DNA from: Amoebidium appalachense
Lineage: Eukaryota > Protista > Ichthyosporea
DNA: 64,000 nt
Assembly: GCA_963693365.1 (NCBI GenBank)
Contig: CAVNZM010000006.1
Span: 10,171,355-10,235,354 of the forward strand
Direction of reading: 5' to 3'
The notes below the pieces were generated by a model. It saw only the letters and a program-made list of their open reading frames with translations, had not been told where the DNA came from and made no database searches. The position numbers and the translations under genes are program-made. Numbering within the stretch: position 1 is the stretch's first letter; each line of letters opens with the position of its first letter. Positions 52,045-64,000 of the stretch are shown here, piece after piece.

Positions 52045-52855
52045 CGGACCTGTGTGATCAGCCCGCTGCCCGGGCCAGATGTCGATGGGCCCGGCGGCGC
52101 CTCCGCCCAGCCTGTCGGCAGGACAGATGCGTGAGCCACGGGCCGGTCAAGCTCGGCTACCCAGTCGGGCCTGTCACATTTTCGGGAACGTTTTTTCTAT
52201 TTTCAGCTTTTCTTTTGTCTCAGTTTTTTCAGTTTTTTTCTCAGCATCTTTCGAAGTGGGCGAGAAATTAGTAGAAAATGTGGCCACCCTCAGAAGAAGA
52301 GCTTGTAAAGCTGTACATGCTGTTTATAACATCAGCTGCTCAATCATGTTTGCTGTTGTTGGAAGGGTTTGTTACGGCTCTGGTAAATGCCGGCTATAAC
52401 ATGGCTTTACAGAACTCTCAGGCTTTGGTTTCCATAGCTAGGGCCGCTTGGGTGTCTGAAGAGTTTGGTGGGACTGTGGTTTTTGACGGGTTTGAGGTTC
52501 CCACGCGTTTTTTAATAATGAGCGCAATGCAGGCAGAAATCACTTTCCATCCTATACAACATCTTAAAGACATCACTGCTTTACTTAGATATAGCTATGA
52601 AGGCTGCGTGAAACTCTGCCGCCAAAAACAGCCAATCAATGTTAAGCGCGCCAAAACTTTTAGCCAATCAGCGTTAACTGGCGACGAGCCCTGACGGGAT
52701 GGAAATCGACACCTCATTTTATGGCCGACAGGCTCGTCGGGGTGGCGATGGGCCCGGCCAGGTCTAATCACACAGATCGTTGAACTGATACGAGGAATTT
52801 GACCGCATACCAACGGCCGACGAGCCCCCGGCGGCGAGCCGATCACACAGGTCCG
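52045..52855. mobile_element. Non-autonomous DNA transposon / MITE-like element with ~30-bp imperfect TIRs
   Basis: Left end CGGACCTGTGTGATCAGCCCGCTGCCCGGG (52045-); right end reverse-complemented CGGACCTGTGTGATCGGCTCGCCGCCGGGG (-52855). The first 15 bp match perfectly. Flanks CTGT / CTGC may be a 4-bp TSD with one mismatch. Subterminal motifs CGATGGGCCCGGC, GCCGACAGGC and CGACGAGCC are repeated. Confidence 0.75.
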
Positions 52856-54039
52856 CTGCCGCATGATGAGCACCGCCCTTGTGTGCAGAGCTTCAGCTGC
52901 TTCAGGCTCAGCCTTCTGCAGTGAGCCAATCACATAAACAAATACATTTGAATAGATCCTGCGTACATTGAACATGTATCGTTGAACTTGATCAAAGTGT
53001 CATCGACTTTTCCCATATGTCACATACATGACAGGCTGTGCACATATAATTGAAGTCATAATATCTACTGATTTCTTTACTAAATATAGTGATGTGTGGA
53101 TTATGGGGATTGTGAGTAAGCCAATGTTACATCATTCTTCTATGTCGGTATTATGAGTCCCACGTGCACGTGCACAGTCGTCCATTGCAACGCAGTCCCC
53201 TGTCCCATGAGAGATTTTCTAAATTTACGAACCCTGGATTTGGCGATGGTCTCAGTACGCTGAGGGTGACAGAGCGGTAGACAACCAGATGTGCCCTTTG
53301 CTAACGAAGAGACAAGATATACATATATTACCTGTGTAGAACTGCTGTTATGTGTAGAAAAGCTAAACCTAATAAACAGCAAATCCGCGTCACTAGTCGC
53401 CAAGCTCGCGTGATGATCACTCACCTGCAGGGTCCCACGGCCCCACGCATAAATCTGATTGGTAACCTCTTGTTATCGCCAGGGGTTGTGGGGTTTTCAC
53501 TGCGCTACCCGTTTTACTTTACACGTAATCGTTTTTTGTCGAAATTTTTAAATTGAATTGGCGGGGTTCGCCTCATTAACGACTCGTACAGACCCCCTTT
53601 ATTATTAAAATTGACGATTCATTTCAGTTAGTTCTACACTCCCTTAGCAATTACACACCCTAAGAGACAAAACAGGGCTTCATATTCCGCTCTGGAGTGC
53701 CAAAATAACGACTTGACCACCTTCTACCTTTGAAAACACCCATTTTTGTATGAAAAACACCAAAATACACTATCGTCTCCCTACTTCACTGCTACGAAAA
53801 ACCAATACAGCACAGCGTTACTCGTTTTGGGGGCTTAATCGTAAATATGACGATTTTGGGTCGTAATTCAAACCCTGGTTATCCCTGTGCATGATTGCAT
53901 GAGATTGCATGCTGGTTGTCAAGGCGCCAAGTTGGTGCAGGGCTTCATTCAGTCCCTGTTCTGTGTGAGCGTTTTGAAAATCAGCAATCCCAACTCCCCC
54001 TATTAACATCGTATGGTACTACTTGTAAAGCACAGAAAA

Positions 54040-62309
<8,270 letters not shown>

Positions 62310-62368
62310 AAGCCTCTGGAAGGCAGGGTGGGGGTGTGCACGTGTGTACCTCGTGTATGCACAAGGTG

Positions 62369-62415
<47 letters not shown>

Positions 62416-62999
62416 GTGTGTGTGTGTGTTGGTACATGGCACACGGGCAAATGTGCATGCAACATGCGCACACGCGCGCGCGCACACACACACACACACA
62501 TGCACACACGAACTCGCAATATTCCACGGACAAACAACGAAGTGAAGGTGACTGTGCAACCAGTATTACACTGTACATGTACATAAAATGGGTTTACTAT
62601 TTGTTGTCTCGAAGACAGATTCATTTTGGTTTGATAAGGTTTTTGATTTACCTTATTTCAAAGGGTCATACGTTAGATCAAATATTAATGGTATTTCATT
62701 TCCAGGAAATGCCACATTTGCATTTTACTAATGATTTATGTTGTACATGTTGCCTTTTTTCAATTATTGCGCAGATTATCTCTTGGCCGTCGCCACCAGA
62801 TGACACTTCCTAGCAGTCTGGAGATGAATGGAAATGGTGGAAGGCGTAAAGACTCATATATACACCATGTAATTGCGCGTATCTTGCAATGACCCAGTAA
62901 GTAATCCTATACATATCAACCCTGTGATTGCGGGTGTCTCAGAGGCTCTGTGTGCTGTGCGCGCAGACCTCAGCCTCCCATATATATGCCACTACTGGT

Positions 63000-63432
63000 T
63001 GGTGGCAGATAGGAAAGGCAATTATATCAGTGGCAGGTGGCAGACCATGAATACATAGATAATCAGGTGGCAGATAATAAATACAAACATATTTCAAGGC
63101 GGCAGACAATAAATACATAAGTAGATATTCAGGTGCCGCTGGGATAATGCATCATTGAACTTGATGATATTCAGATGGCAGCTAATAGCAATAAACACAT
63201 AACACATAGATATTCAGGGTGGCAGATGATAAATATGTAATTCAGGTGGCAGATAGCATATACATAGGTATTCAGGTGGCAGAAATAATCACATAGACTC
63301 TCAGGTGGCAGATATCAATACGTAGATATTCAGGTGGCAGATATCAATACGTAGATATTCAGGTGGCAGATATCAATACAGAGATATTAAGGTGGCAGAT
63401 ATCCGCACTAGCACACAATATTCAGGTGGCGG
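63000..63432. repeat. Minisatellite array with conserved core TTCAGGTGGCAGAT and a ~26-40-bp period
   Basis: About 15 copies. The central units GATATTCAGGTGGCAGATATCAATACGTA are near-identical (29 bp); the outer units have diverged. Confidence 0.9.
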
Positions 63433-63798
63433 AGGGTTTTCCCTCCCCCAGATGATGCCCGCACGTTGTGGTTGGGTGCATGGGCACAAGAATTCTAATA
63501 ACCAACGGGAGATATGTACACCCGCTGTTACAGTAGCCGAGGTAAATCGACCCGGCTCGATCGGATTGCCCATATAAGGAAACTCTGCAAAATGCTGGCA
63601 AACCGCTTCCACATGCTGGTGGTGTTTCGTTGGCCCAGCCGACTCGTATGTGGCTATCGTTTGGTGTGATGGTGCTGGTGCTATGTTAGCGCTGGGGAGG
63701 GAGGGAGGGAAGGAGCGTGTGTGTGCCCGGGGGAAGGGGGGGGGGGGGGGGGGGCTGCTGTATAGTGTCGTATCATCGGATACAGAACGTGCTTGCCA

Positions 63799-63833
<35 letters not shown>

Positions 63834-64000
63834 TGTGTGCGCGCGCGCGAGCGTGTGTGTGTGTGCGCGTGTGTGTGCGTATCGCGCCTGCGGGTGCAAG
63901 CACGCTCGCCTGTGTTGTTTCAAGTGGGTAACCTTTGGACGGGGAGAAGAGTGGGGGGGCCGGGTGGAGGGGGTTGATAATTAAGATAAAAGGTGAGAGT

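Noticed and set aside
63000-63432. CRISPR-like repeat/spacer array
   Set aside because: The core is only about 12-14 bp, the linkers are homologous to each other, there are no cas genes, and the context is eukaryotic.

Overview
Eukaryotic genomic DNA, intron-rich and full of (CA/GT)n microsatellites and long poly-C/poly-G runs. Gene content (animal-type AIF, arfaptin, centrin) suggests a unicellular holozoan or other opisthokont, but this is inference only. I reconstructed seven protein genes by hand from splice sites and exon phases: lipoyl synthase (-, 11 exons, one apparent 1-nt frameshift), mitochondrial AIF (-, 17 exons), centrin (+, 6 exons), an Eco1/ESCO cohesin acetyltransferase (-, 12-14 exons), a C11orf98-like small basic protein (+), a Ser/Thr kinase with no coding introns (-) and arfaptin (+, 7 exons). 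The most notable signals are: (1) the Eco1 gene splices in frame to an N-terminal MRG15/Eaf3-type chromo-barrel (Tudor-knot) domain, has a degenerate PIP box and carries a YSR-like motif; (2) a dispersed repeat family anchored on poly(C) at one end and variably truncated at the other, lying in the host-sense orientation in every intronic copy I could orient; (3) an 811-bp TIR element; (4) (CA)n-CAG splice acceptors and a candidate GC donor. Most ORFs in the supplied track are translations of microsatellites.
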